In this document: in pieces, positions 14,342 to 27,045 of the stretch | Layout: every line of letters starts with the position of its first letter | Position numbering within the stretch: the first letter of the stretch is position 1 | Assembly (NCBI GenBank): GCA_904063045.1 | Contig: CAJFCJ010000027.1 | Span: 598,882-662,881, forward strand | Source: Dimorphilus gyrociliatus | Taxonomy: Eukaryota > Animalia > Annelida | Direction: 5' to 3' | Length of the DNA stretch: 64,000 nt | Notes under the pieces: model-generated | Seen by the model: the letters and a program-made list of their open reading frames with translations, nothing else | Told to the model about the DNA's origin: nothing | Databases searched by the model: none | Translations under genes and position numbers: made by a program

Positions 14342-16032
14342 TTAAGCCATAACATCTTTCTTGTTTACAGCATTTCTTACGCAACATGCAAAAACAATTC
14401 CGAGAATCTGTGTTTTTTTTTAATAATATTAAATTAATGCACTTTATTAATATCTATAAATTGTATTTACCTGTATAACGGCTATACCAACTCCAATACC
14501 AATTAAAATTGCGGCTCTATCCTCAACCCACTTTTTCAATGCATCGTAGCATCCCTATTTAAAATTAGTAGAACAAATTTATCGTACAGTTCTCGTTATA
14601 GAATATATTTCAGTAAGTCAACTTACGTCTTTGTAAGAAATATTATTATTTTCAAAATCATTGAAACAATCTCTCATTTCTTGACTGTTTGGATCGTCGG
14701 GTTTTTCGGTACTTTCTTTCTTGTTGCTGCAGCAACTTTGAGGATATTTATGGTTTCTCTATAAAGTATCCAGTTTGTTAATACATTACTTAGTTATAAT
14801 AGTGCTAAAACTTACATTTTCGAAATTGGGATTGTTATTGTAATCTGTATACGAGTGTGAGCCGCAACATTTTAGTTTATTTTGCATGCTACTCCAGGCC
14901 AGAACAGTTACATCATTATTTGTTGGTTCTAAGGGTTTCATTGTGGTATTTGCAAACTTCTGCATGTTTTCTTTCAGTGCATTGCCAAGTTCTTTTCTAA
15001 ACACTGCAGCTAGAATCGCAGCTGTAATTTCCGCAAGTAGAAGAAGACCCATGATGAAAGCATACATCATCAGTAGGCAAGAACTTTCTTGGATTGCTCC
15101 ACAGCATCCCAAGAATCCAGTCAAGAAAATAATTGCTCCAATTACTATAACCAAAATAATAGCAGCCTGCATTGTTTTCTCGTTATTATCAATCTTGATT
15201 ACATCCAAGTACTTGTTAAAGTTTTTATCTACTTTCATCCAAATTCCAACGCCTAGAAGAGCCGCCCCGGCAATCTGTTAAGAATAGCGCCATCTATCGG
15301 TTATTGTGTCCATGTGCCGCACAAATAATCAATGTACAATTAATTTAAAAATATTACTGGAAATAGCAATTATGCTGTTCTGCCCAGTTAATAGTGTTTA
15401 TTCATATTGCAACAAAATACCATTGTTTTCTAACTAGGAGATAAGAAATAAGCCTATACGGCTATAAAATATGTTCGACCATATATGAATAAAATGATGT
15501 AGAAGAGATACACTAATATCCATATTCTTATGAATCATTATCATAAAACTCCTCCTTTCGCCTTTCATAAGGTATGTAAAAGGTAAAGAAAATGACTAAA
15601 TCTTTATGCGTTACCTACGTTCGCAGAGTCAACTCAAGGTTAGAGCGCCACCAGTACACAGCAAAAACTCAAAAATTTACAGGTGTGCTCGCTGTAGCAA
15701 AGATAAGGAGCACAAAGAGAGAAAACGGGAAAGGGAGAGAATATAATAGTGAAAGTAACAGAGAGTGAAGGAGGTAAAGATTTGTAAAGAAAAGCTAAGA
15801 ACTATAAATAAATTATTTCGTATTTCCTACTTTAACCTAGAAATTGAACGTTAGAGCGTACTGTTGTTATTATTGTTTTTCTCTGCTAAATAAACATAGC
15901 CTAAACATATGTAATGTAATAATTTCTAAATAATAAAAAACACAATAATTTACTTACAAAGAAGATGATGTTGAAGAAGAAGAGAATATATTTTGCACAT
16001 TTCGTGCCGCATCCCATAGATCCGAATCCCAT
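14342..16032 (-). CDS. Tetraspanin
   Basis: Exons 16032-15958, 15274-14816, 14758-14627, 14554-14471 and 14407-14342. MGFGSMGCGTKCAKYILFFFNIIFF, GFLGCCGAIQES, LKCCG, YPQSCC and GCYDAL, with four TM helices. Confidence 0.95.
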
Positions 16033-18142
16033 GACTGTTTCTTTAAAATGGTATGTTGTTTAGACTAGTTAAAACAATTCTAATCGTTGACTTTGTTAAT
16101 CTTCTTTTGTTTCAAATTGTACAAAATTTAGTAGAGTCGATGTTGTCTGAATCGATTGTCAACCGAATAGTGGCTGGATGCTAAGTTGTGTGGCGCTGGC
16201 AGCCTCGATCTGAAATGTACGAGCTTTGAAAAAGTATATATATTTATATACCTGTGTGGCTATGAGTCATCATCCAATTATCATGGAGGATGATAAGAAT
16301 GACTAATGTTTGCCGAAAGGCGGTGTGTTTTTAAAGGCTATACTTCCTGCGCTCAAAAAATATGTCAGATAAACTAACCACGATTTACAAATATCGCGAA
16401 TATATCGACTTTATTAAAGGATTTATTAAAAAAACAAAAAAGTAAAGAACTTTATGTAAATCCAGTTTGGCAACTGATGCTAAAGTAAACTATTGTGTGA
16501 CGTTAGACAAACGTATGTATTTACATTATCGGATATAATTAATGTTAATGGATTATATTTATTAATAGCCCATAAGAAATTGAGGAAAGATGGGGAGATG
16601 GCATAGATATACATAAGGGTAAAAGTAGACAAAATAGAGAAAGAGTAGCATACTCTCTAGTATTCTAATTCTACTCCAAAGGGGTTATTTATAGACTAAA
16701 GAAGATCATTGCAAATGTGGGCAAAGTCACGTGCGGTAAACACGTAGAGACAATGGATAGTTAAACTACGTTTCGTTAGAAAATTATATATTTTATATCC
16801 TATAGAATTTTTTATAGCATATGCGTCAAAAAAAATGATTTTACCTTTTAAATCGTTAAATACTTGCCAGTTTTAGCTCATTCAGTTGTTTTTTTATTTT
16901 TTTTTTAACTATATACTGTTTGTATACAAGTTTCGGTTATTCTATGATTCCAATATTTGTGTTTTTTATTCACGAATTCTCTTACTAAACATAAACAGAA
17001 ATGTTAAATCTATAAATAAACTCCCTTTTCACCTTCCTTTTACTGACTCATCTTTCGTTTAAGGAGAATAGCCGTATTAAGAGTACGATACATTTTTATT
17101 GGTAAATGGGATGAAATCATTATTTCATGGTTATGATTATATAATGTATAGACAAGAAAGAGACGGACGGAAGTTTGTACTTGTAAAAAAATATATGGCA
17201 GAAACAATCAGATTAATATTTAAATAGTGTATTTATTCTATATAACGGTTTTTTTTTATCTAAGAGATTTGCTTTTCAAATCAAATAAATAAACTGTTTC
17301 GTCCAGTCATTTATCTTATATTCCATATAATTTCTATAGACCAAAAAAGACCAAATATAAAAATCGTTTCAAGTCTTTTCTATTCCCTTTAAAGAGACAA
17401 AAAAAGAGTGGAAACATATGAGAGATGATATATAGAAAGGGAAAAACTTTTATGGAATATCTTACAACGATTTGGACCTAATGTATAAAAAATAATGGAA
17501 AGAAAGAAGAAGAATAAGAGAACCAAACAAAGAATAATGGATAATTTTTTCTTTATATTCTATTTAAAAAGGATGAAAAAAATGAAACATTTACGTACAC
17601 TGAAGCATCGTATATAGTATTTTATATGTTCTTGTAATTTAACAAACCTAATGAACTTTCTTAACGAGTACAACTAAAGTTTCCAATAATTCATATATAC
17701 ATTTAAATATTTGTCCTTAACGTACCTTTTGCCTTTTATTTTATTATAGTCTCATCACAGTTGCAAATATTTAACAATATCTATGTGAAATAAATTTACT
17801 TTATATGTAAGCCTATAGTGTTATACTATATTATATACAACTTTAATAATAAAGTAACAATCTAAAAGTCACTTTGCGAGTATCAATTCAACAAGATAAC
17901 ATTCAACTTATTAACTAGTTAATTAATTTAAATAAAGTATTTATATATAAAATGAATACGTCTGTCTTGAGAAGTATATTTTTATTACTTTATATTAGAA
18001 TTGTATTTTGAAAAGGACCATTAAAAATATAGTACAGTGTGTAAAGAGTCTTATGCGTCTGAATAATATTAAAATAGTTCTTACGAAACATTCGCGCTCA
18101 AGTCTATTGAATTATAAAATTAGCAATGGAAGATTATATATA

Positions 18143-18363
18143 CAGTACGGGTAACCTATTTTTGAACGCCCAGCTATTTTCTATAATAGTTAAAATATTT
18201 TTTCTATAACATTAATTTTACAATCGAATAATTAGATATGTCAATTATCTCTTTGCACACAACAGATTCAACTAGTTAAATTTTTAAATTTCACTGTTTA
18301 AATAACAAAAAAAATTTTATTCTGAAAATGTCACAAAAAGTGCCCGATATCCTATTTTTGAAC
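18143..18363. repeat. Left terminal inverted repeat (IR/DR) of Tc1 element
   Basis: Aligns by eye with the reverse complement of 19571-19790. Termini are identical, the middle is diverged, and CCTATTTTTGAAC occurs at both ends of the IR. Confidence 0.9.
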
Positions 18364-18473
18364 TTTATGAATTCTGATAAAAATGTTGTTAGAAAAGGTA
18401 AGAAATATGTTTATTTTTACATTTTATTAACGTATAGATTATATTACTTCAAATAATCACTTTTTCTTTTTCT

Positions 18474-19469
18474 TTAATATCTTATATTATATCCTTTATT
18501 TTTCCAACATAATCTGGCTCTTTTATGGAAGCTTTTGTATAAATTTGCAATATACCAATTTGGTATGTTATTAAATTCCTCTTCTACTGCCCTCCACAAA
18601 TCATCTTTTGTCTGCAAAACATGGGTTTGCAACCTATTTTTTAAGTAAGCCCACAAATTTTCAATAATGTTCAATTCTGGGCTTCTGGATGGCCAGTCTT
18701 GTAAAACTGTTATATTGTTTCTCTCAAGAAATGTCCTTGTAGATGCCGATGTATGACATTTGGCACCATCCTGCATAAGCAGGTTGTCTGGCTCAAACAT
18801 TGGAAATAGCTTCTCCTCAAGTATTTCTTGGTATAAATTGCTGTCCATATACCCATTATATAACTTTATAGCTCTTGTCCCATCAGCTTTTATACACCCC
18901 CATATTGATATTGATGAATTTGCTGTTCGAACAGCTTTTTTGGTGTATTTTGGATCATACCGTTTATGACTCCCCCTATGGACCCAAATTCTTCTTTTTG
19001 GATACAATTCAATCCGACTTTCATCGGAAAATATAATTTTGTTTACATCTTCTTGACTCTTATTTAACATAGACAAACAAAAAGATTTTCTATTTCTTGC
19101 ATGGCAAGGTTTTAGCGCTGGCTTACTTGTTGCAACATAGCTTTTAAGGTCGTTTTTTTGCAAAATCTTTTTGCATGTCGATAGAGAAATTTTGGAACCT
19201 AATCCTGAATGTTCAAGCACATTCCTTGCCGTTAGAAATGGATTTCTCTTTGAAATTTGGCAAATTTTTCTCTCTTCCCTTTCTGTTAAAATCTTTGGGG
19301 TACATAGTTTCGATAGATTGTTAATAGTTCCATGTTTCTCAAATTTTTTTGTTATGTAGTGGACAGATCCCTTTGAAATTTTTAATTGTTTTGCAATTTC
19401 GTTCATTGACATCTTCTCCTTCCTCTTTTCCAACACTAATTTTCTCATGTCCAAGCTTATTTTTGGCAT
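18474..19469 (-). CDS. Tc1-family transposase (paired-like HTH plus DD35E)
   Basis: Uninterrupted 331-codon ORF from ATG 19469 (MPKISLDMRK). Motifs IIFSDESRIE, IWGCI, MQDGAKCH and WPSRSPELNIIENLW. Confidence 0.95.
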   Translation of the reverse strand: MPKISLDMRKLVLEKRKEKMSMNEIAKQLKISKGSVHYITKKFEKHGTINNLSKLCTPKILTEREERKICQISKRNPFLTARNVLEHSGLGSKISLSTCKKILQKNDLKSYVATSKPALKPCHARNRKSFCLSMLNKSQEDVNKIIFSDESRIELYPKRRIWVHRGSHKRYDPKYTKKAVRTANSSISIWGCIKADGTRAIKLYNGYMDSNLYQEILEEKLFPMFEPDNLLMQDGAKCHTSASTRTFLERNNITVLQDWPSRSPELNIIENLWAYLKNRLQTHVLQTKDDLWRAVEEEFNNIPNWYIANLYKSFHKRARLCWKNKGYNIRY

Positions 19470-19570
19470 TTTTAACTTTTTTAAAATTGTTATCCTACTT
19501 TGATTCTTGACATAAATTGTCATGTGGGAAAGCAAAAAAATTTGGTCATTTTCGTAAATTTTTAATTATT

Positions 19571-19790
19571 GTTCAAAAATAGGATATCGGGTACTTTTCA
19601 CGATTTTTTCATAATAAAAATTTTTTGTTATTTAAACAGTAAAATACAAAGATTTAATTAATTGAATATGTTGATTACAAAGTCACAATTGCCATGTCTA
19701 ATTGTTGGATTGTAAAATTAATGTTAAAGAAAAAATATTTTAACTAATATAGAAAAAAGCTGGGCGTTCAAAAATAGGTTACCCGTACTG
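19571..19790. repeat. Right terminal inverted repeat (IR/DR) of Tc1 element
   Basis: Reverse complement matches 18143-18363. Confidence 0.9.
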
Positions 19791-20990
19791 TATATGACTA
19801 TTGCATTCATATATAACATTGACAGACACGAGTTGTAGTTGTTATCAATTATAAATATATAAAGTTTTTATCAAGTTTCCAAATTTGGAAACAATTTTAA
19901 TTGAAAAAGAAGAGTTTTAATGAAGAATATAAGACACTATATATATATATATATACTGTATACATATACGAATTTACACGAAAATAAGCTATATCGAAAT
20001 AATTATTAAGTAGAAATTCTACAATAAACTATATATATATAGTAATATAGAATAGACATATACAGTATATCTATAACTTACATATATACTGTGTAGAAAG
20101 TATATCTTGATGATCTAAGCATTTTTCAAATACTTTATCAATATTTCAAAGCATATTTCGATATTACTTTCTTAGTTAAGGAATAGTTTCGAGCAGTATT
20201 TTATAGATATGTCTTTGAGCATTTTTTATGATTAATAGCAACCGCCTATTTCTAAAAAGACCTTTTATAAGAAAGCGCAAATGATCTCATTTTACAAAAA
20301 ATAACCTTTCAGGTTCTAGGAAGAAAACGATATTTATTACAAATTTATGATCTGTTGCATAAAATCTATGGCTTAATCATAGATAAAACTATTTTATGAA
20401 ATAACTGTGAAATAGATCGATCGAACTGGAATTTACCTTAATTAATACTTTTATTTCCTCTCAAATGGATATATGCTATAAGCTAGCTCACGTTTTCTCT
20501 CACTCTCTCCCTGTCTTTCTCCTTACATTAATGAAGAATCTATGATGATAAATGACTTGGAGATATATAAAAAAAGACAAAAAAGTTAATATACGAGTAG
20601 TTTTTGATATTTGAGTAAAAGTCTACTCTTGTTTAGTTGTTATGCTTTCATATTTTTTACCCAACTTGTAAGTTTTTTAGTATTAAAAAAAATAAAAGAT
20701 CGTTAAAAATGTTCTATTTATCAGACTAAGCAATTTTCTAATTTTCATCCAAAAAAAATGATAATTTAATCAAGATAATAAGTAGAAAAGAGATTTTTTT
20801 TATGATAAAAATCATCGTTCTATTTTCTGTTCGTTTTATATTTTCAAAAATGAGAAAAACAAAAAAAGTAGCGAGTATATAGATTACTTAAACAATATGT
20901 TTTGAAATATATGTATATATATTTTCTGTGTAATGTATTTATTCACTACGTAATTGCTAATTTGAATATATATATACAACTTGAACGCAA

Positions 20991-21011
20991 TATATATATA
21001 TATATATATAT
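20991..21011. repeat. (TA)n microsatellite
   Basis: Direct reading. Confidence 0.85.
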
Positions 21012-22989
21012 TCATATTTTACCTATCTCCCTCTTGTTTTAAGATTTATTAATTTATGAATTATTATTAATAGCTGTAATAAATGGTTTTATAACTAAAT
21101 GTGTCTACTTCCGATAAATATCATATTGTAAAATTTATAGTGTATTACGCAAATTTGACTTAATTTCGAATATTCTATTCATCCTATACAGACCACTCAG
21201 TATATGTAGTTTTAAATAGTCGGAAGTATAATTTCATCTTTAAACATTTATATTCTCCATAATCAACCTTCATACATAGCTTTCTAATAAATTGGTTGTC
21301 CTTTTCTATTAGTATCTATTTATAAGTTTTATAGCGCAAAAATAGGAAAAAGGTTCATTTTCTGTTGGGTAAATTATATAACTTTTAATTAATTAATTAT
21401 TAACCAATAAATAAATTAATTATGAAATATTGATAATTTTTACCCATTTTTCGTATTTATAATATTGAGTATAGTGTGTATATGCCGTATTTGTATAATT
21501 GTTTTAGTCTCTTGCTTATCTTAGATCCCTTTTCCGATAGTAAAGTGATGCCTAGCGATATTTTAAACTGATATTTTCATTAAAACGGTTTTTTATTATC
21601 AGATAAACTAATATTGTCAAATTGATCGTATTAGAACGATCAAGAATGATAGAAAAATTTATATATATACTGTAGATATAGAGGGAGAGAGAACACTTGT
21701 TGAGAGATAGTTAGTCAAACTACTATATTGAACAATTACTATTCAACTGTCAGTTGAAGGATATTAGATAAAAGTGTCCATAGTCGTTTGCTTTTTTTCC
21801 GTTTCTTTCTGTTTCTCTGTCTCTCTCTCATTCTAAAGCTTCATTTATCGTCACACGTACCCCACCCCTAGTTTCTTTTTTTAGCTCTATTCTGTAAAGT
21901 TTACATGGTATTAAAAATTCTACAACTCTACTCTATTCTATTACAACATTATCTTCCAACATATAATATACAGGAAAAGGAAATATGTTGTTTTAATTTA
22001 ACGAATGATTATATAATTTTAAAGATAAGTGCTTGTTAAAAATTATACAGAAAGATAACGAAAAATTAGGCTACAAAGCATTTTACCTTCAAAATTTTAT
22101 TATTCAATATTTGTGAATAGGTTGAAAAAAAATTCAAAAAAAAATTAATTTAGTCTGTTAAAGTATAAGTATAAGACTAGTATGTCTGAAAATTGTTCAT
22201 ATTCTTCTTAAGTTATCCATTCAAATAAGATATAAAGTAATTTGTAAGTAAAAAATCATCTTTTATTGCCAAATTGTAAATGGTTGTATGAAGCAATCAA
22301 TATAAATACTGTATATATATTATATATATATATTGATATATAGATTGATATATTCTATAAGACAAAGAATCACGATTCTTGATAAATTTTCTAATAATAG
22401 GAAGCACTACTCTCTCAGTACACGATGTATCTCGTAAACGAACTTTTCAAGGTAACACAAAAGGAAATCATAGAGTCTCAAGTAAAACACGTATTATTTA
22501 TTCTTAGATGAAATATTTCTGGTCAAATGATTTCTATTTCGCTAGAATGAAGCAATATTATGAGTAATATTACAAAGTATTCTAAGCTACACTTTTAAAA
22601 GTTTTCTTATCAATCCTGTTTTATCTTAAATAACTTGACTAATTTTTAAGCTTTAGGCTTAAAAATGCGAAACTCTCTAATAAAAATACATTTTATTGTA
22701 TGCTTGTATAATTCAAGCTATTTACATTTACTAAAGAATTTTCTTGGGCTCTATATACCATGCCAATGTATTCAATATATTTAAGTTGCATCAACTTCTT
22801 GCCCAACTTTACGTGCTTTGTATAAAAAATCTCGTTCTCCCTCTGCTTTCATGCTGCGGTATTTATTCATAGTAAAACATAGCCTTAATTATTATATTAA
22901 TAATATAAATAATAAGGTAATTACACTTTGACGCGTCTGTTTCGTCAATCTACAGCATTACTACACTAGAAAAATAGAATTCAAAAGGC

Positions 22990-24310
22990 TACTGGTGCCA
23001 ACCGTCCAAGTCTATTGAATTCAGACCCCAAAAGGTCATCGAAACCAAATCATCAGCTTTAGATGATAAACTGAAAGAGCAAAGAAACAAGTTCGAGGAA
23101 AGGCTAAGAGAGAAAAAAGCAGAGAGCAATGTAATAGAAATAAGACTAACCGCTCAAATGGAGCGTATTGTTCAAATGATGGATTCTTATCAAACAAATC
23201 GTATCAATGAATCACGTAACCGACCTGTGTTTATACAATCGCAAGAGATGGAATATGTCACAACGGTTAAAGAACAAAAATAGCGGAATTTCGAACATTC
23301 TTTACGAAAAAGATAACAGAATACCACCTATCAATGGTCTATCCACCAATAGACAAGTCAATTCTGGTCCTTCAATGCATGACTCTGCTACCGGAATCGA
23401 TTCCATAAGAATTAAAAAAATAAAATTCTTCTTGAATATCATGAAGACTATAGCTCATGTACAACAAAACTAGAACAATTCGTAGCGAATAGTATTAAAG
23501 CCATCGAAAATGGACCTTATATTTCTCATGCAACTCATAAAACTGTCATAGCGTCTAATATAATAGAGATTGATCCCGAAGATATAATACAAAAAAAGAA
23601 CTTGTTCATCAATTTAACCTTTGTTAAAACTCTTACGTAGCGGTCATATAAGCGATGATTGTACTCCTAAGCTTCGCTGTAAAATAAGTAATCAACGCCA
23701 TCGTACTAGTGTACATGATTAAACTTCAGCCACTCCTATAAATATTCTTCTTAGCAACACGGATTACTCTGATATTGAAGAGGACCGAATGGCTGGCTAC
23801 AATGCCCCAGTACAAGTCCCAGCAACAGCAACAGCTGCTATCCATCAAATGTTGGTTCAACTTGATGCGAGTGCACCGATTTCTTTTTTCAGAAGACAGT
23901 TTCTAGAAGAAAAACTGTCTGAAGTGATACAAAGCAAAAACGTCTTCTGAGGCTCTGTCTTCACTAAAAACCTACTCTATGCGGAAAAGGTGAAGATCAT
24001 CTTCCCTTATTTGAGTAAAGGTTATGATGTTAACACCTACATAGTGGACTCTTTAATGGAGATCGAAGATCAACCTAGAATATACATCAATTCAGACTAT
24101 ACCGAACCAGCTATACCAGGTGGACAATCTGATCTACTTATTGGCCAAGATAGTCTTCATAACAGAATCTTGGAAACGCTCCGAGATGACGAGTACAGAT
24201 ATAATAGATTCGCACTTGGTTGGCATCGAACCCTTCTTCAGTTATCCGATTTAGATGATGATTTCGACTTGGATCCCCCATTCTCTCTTTATGATTATCC
24301 CCGCTTTTGA
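22990..24310 (+). mobile_element. Degenerate BEL/Pao LTR-retrotransposon fragment (gag zinc knuckles plus protease region)
   Basis: Broken frames give a coiled-coil-like stretch (23022-23283), KKNL..LRSGHISDDCTPKLRCKISNQRHRTSVH (23590-23720, BEL/Pao knuckle pattern), a degenerate protease site LDASAPISF (~23860) and SDLLIGQD...ALGWH (23990-24310). Stops and frameshifts are present; no RT, integrase or LTR identified. Confidence 0.65.
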
Positions 24311-24960
24311 ACTACTGGAAAATTACAAACATAGTATTTATTATAGTATGTATTGTTAAATAGTTAAGAAGTGTTAGTAGAATATCTATTTCGTAAATAG
24401 AAAATATACTTAAAAGATTGATAAACTAATAAATATCATATTTTAATTGCTTTCTTAAAAAATTACCTAAACTTTCATAAAAAATAGTGGCATCATTGTG
24501 TTTATTTACTTCATTTTCATCTTAAATTATTTTTATATGTGTATCAAATCTCAATAAGTTCAGTACCATAAATTCAAAAGAGAAAATTATTATTAATTAA
24601 TTAGTTAAATAGTGCAAGTAAAGGGTTATAGTGTTAATTTTAATAAAGAGAAACAAACGTCTCTATATACTGTATATTTTATATGTTTAAATATTTTAAA
24701 TATTTTTATTAATGGAAAACAATAATAAACAAAATTCCTTCATTTAGTTTTTGAATAACCTGAATATGGTAATGTTGTCTTTTTATTCAAACTAATTTGC
24801 TTACTATCTTTAGAATATACAGTATATTTATATATTATAGAGAATAAAGAGTAAAAGCTTGTTTTGTAATAATTATAGTGTCTTCTCCTTTTCTATGATG
24901 TTTATTAATATAATATTAATATTCTGTTTTGTTTCTATTGTCTAAATATAGTCTTGGAAT

Positions 24961-25653
24961 ATGGAAAATCATCATGAAAGATTGAAAAAATTTTATAAAA
25001 GCGTTTGTAGGTGTAAAACAGATAAATTTACTCAAACTGATGAAAAATACTGTAATTTTGATGAAAGAATGTTTTTTTTTTATATTCAATTCTTTTACTC
25101 TTTATCATTATTTTGTTTCTTTTAATAGAAGGAAGTTGTGAATATTTTATTAGAGAATTGAATTTTTACGAATTGAATAATATGTTCAATAAAATTGAAA
25201 TGTTTAAACCTTATCTTATTGATGTAAGACAGAAATTTGAGGTTAACGAAACATTTTTATTGCCGTATGCTTTAAACATTCCAGGTATTTCGTCTATTCT
25301 TTTATATTTATACTATTGCGCTTTAATAACTGCTGATTAATGAAATAGACGATGATATTGCTTTTGCCTTTAAATTAAATGAAGCGGATTTCAAATCTTA
25401 TTATCATAGAGAGAAACCTGATTCGTTTGAACACAATATAGTTATATACTGCAAAAGTGGATGTAGAGCAAAGACAGTCTATAGTTATTTACATTCCATC
25501 GGCTATCATAATGTTAAATGGTTAGGGTTCCATCCCATAACATATGAATACTCTTAGTAAACTAATATCTATTAAAGCTATACAGGTTCATTTAGCGATT
25601 GGGTAGACAAAGTAACTTATCCTACGAATTCAACATCTTATACAAATAGATAA
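24961..25653 (+). CDS. Single-domain rhodanese / thiosulfate sulfurtransferase (TSTD1/TSTD3-like)
   Basis: Exons ~25129-25284, 25349-25520 and 25578-25653 give YLIDVRQKFE..LPYALNIP, EKPDS..IVIYCKSGCRA, IGYHNVKCYTGSFSDW. The first exon (ATG 24961) and its splice phase are uncertain. Confidence 0.85.
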
Positions 25654-25954
25654 GAAACTATAAACAAATAGACAGACTGACAAAGAGAACGAGATAGACA
25701 GACAAAGATAGTTTGCAGCAAAATTTTTCTGTCTATCTCTCTGATACATTTCAACACTATACCTGATAAACTGTTATTCTATTACTTTAATAAAATTCCA
25801 ATATCTTTAAGTCTACTTATATATCAGCGATGAGCGTAGTCTATTGATTTCTTTTCTCTTTAATACATATAAGCAACCAATGTTAAATTAAGAAAAATAA
25901 ATAATTTCGCTCCGGTAGATAATTTATTGGAATAGCATAACAATTTTGAAAATT

Positions 25955-27045
25955 ATGGATCTTCTTACCATAATTGGTATGTTTGGATTTTTATACTTCA
26001 GCATTAGGATATATTTAATAATAATATCATCTAAAATTAAGAAGATAAACACGAAATACGTTTTAATTACCGGTTGCGATGGAGGTTTTGGTAAAATTAC
26101 TGCTAAAAGATTGCATTCTAAAGGCGTAAATGTTATTGCTGGATGTTTAACGGAAAGCGGAAGAGATTCTCTAAAACAACAGGGAATTAATAGTATTCTA
26201 TTAAATATTACCAGCGAAGATAGTATAGATAAAGCTGTTAAAATTGTACAGGAGATTTTACCCAAAGGTGTAGGTCTATGGGGTTTGATAAACAACGTTG
26301 AATTTCTTGAATTAGCTCTTCCAAACGATTGGCTAAGTATATTAGATTATCAGAGAACAATGAATGTTAACGTATTCGGTTTAATAAACGTGACGCTAAA
26401 ATTTCTACAATTAATTAAAAAAGAGCAAGGTAGAATTGTTAATATGGCTAATTTAGCTGGTAGAATGGCGTTCGAACATCTGGGACCTTATTCAACTTCT
26501 AAATATGCAATTGAAGGTTTTAGCGATTCTTTAAGGTTTGTTTAAAGATATATTTATTAAAATTTAAAATAGTAAACAGTGTATTTTAACTGAAATATAA
26601 TTCTTTTTATAGGAGAGAGATGAAAAAATGGAATGTTTCCGTACATACAATTGAATCAGATGTATTTAATGCAAGAGTCATAAACGTCGAAGAAAGCATG
26701 ACCAAAAGATTTCATTCGTTAAATGATACTATTAGGAATGAATATGGAGAACAGTATATTAAAGAATGTAAGCTTCATTTGTTTTCTTACCTTAAAATTT
26801 AATGTTATTTCTCTACAGATCTGACTAGCTATAAAATATCAATCAATTTAAACACTAATAAAGACGTTGTTCCAGTTATTGACGCTTATGTTCACGCTAT
26901 TTTATCACAGTATCCAAAAATACGATATACAGTTGGTAATAAATCCATTTTGTACCGTTTCGTAAATAGTCATTTACCTGATTGCGTAACTGATTTTATC
27001 TTAAAAAAAATATCAAAATATCCAAAACCATTAAGGGTTCAATAA
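25955..27045 (+). CDS. Short-chain dehydrogenase/reductase, retinol dehydrogenase / 17beta-HSD6-like (SDR9C)
   Basis: Exons 25955-26535, 26613-26767 and 26819-27045. N-terminal membrane anchor, VLITGCDGGFG, GLWGLINN, YSTSK, EGFSDSLRRE and HAILSQYPKIRYTVG. Confidence 0.93.

Larger units (their letters stand above)
18143..19790 (-). mobile_element. Full-length Tc1-like DNA transposon, IR/DR type, with TA target-site duplication
   Basis: Ends CAGTACGGGTAACCTATTTTTGAACGCCCAGC (18143) and its exact reverse complement ending at 19790, with TA at 18141-18142 and 19791-19792. The inverted repeats are about 220 bp and carry the inner/outer direct repeat CCTATTTTTGAAC. Internal transposase ORF is intact. 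Confidence 0.97.

Noticed and set aside
14886-15281. 131-aa plus-strand ORF opposite the tetraspanin
   Set aside because: Shadow ORF of the hydrophobic tetraspanin exon.
18099-23022. 15-nt repeat CAAGTCTATTGAATT at 18099 and 23008
   Set aside because: A single short AT-rich match that does not bracket an element; plausibly chance.
24961-27045. Rhodanese and SDR about 300 bp apart on the same strand as an operon
   Set aside because: Short intergenic distances are general in this compact window, and no trans-splice evidence is available.
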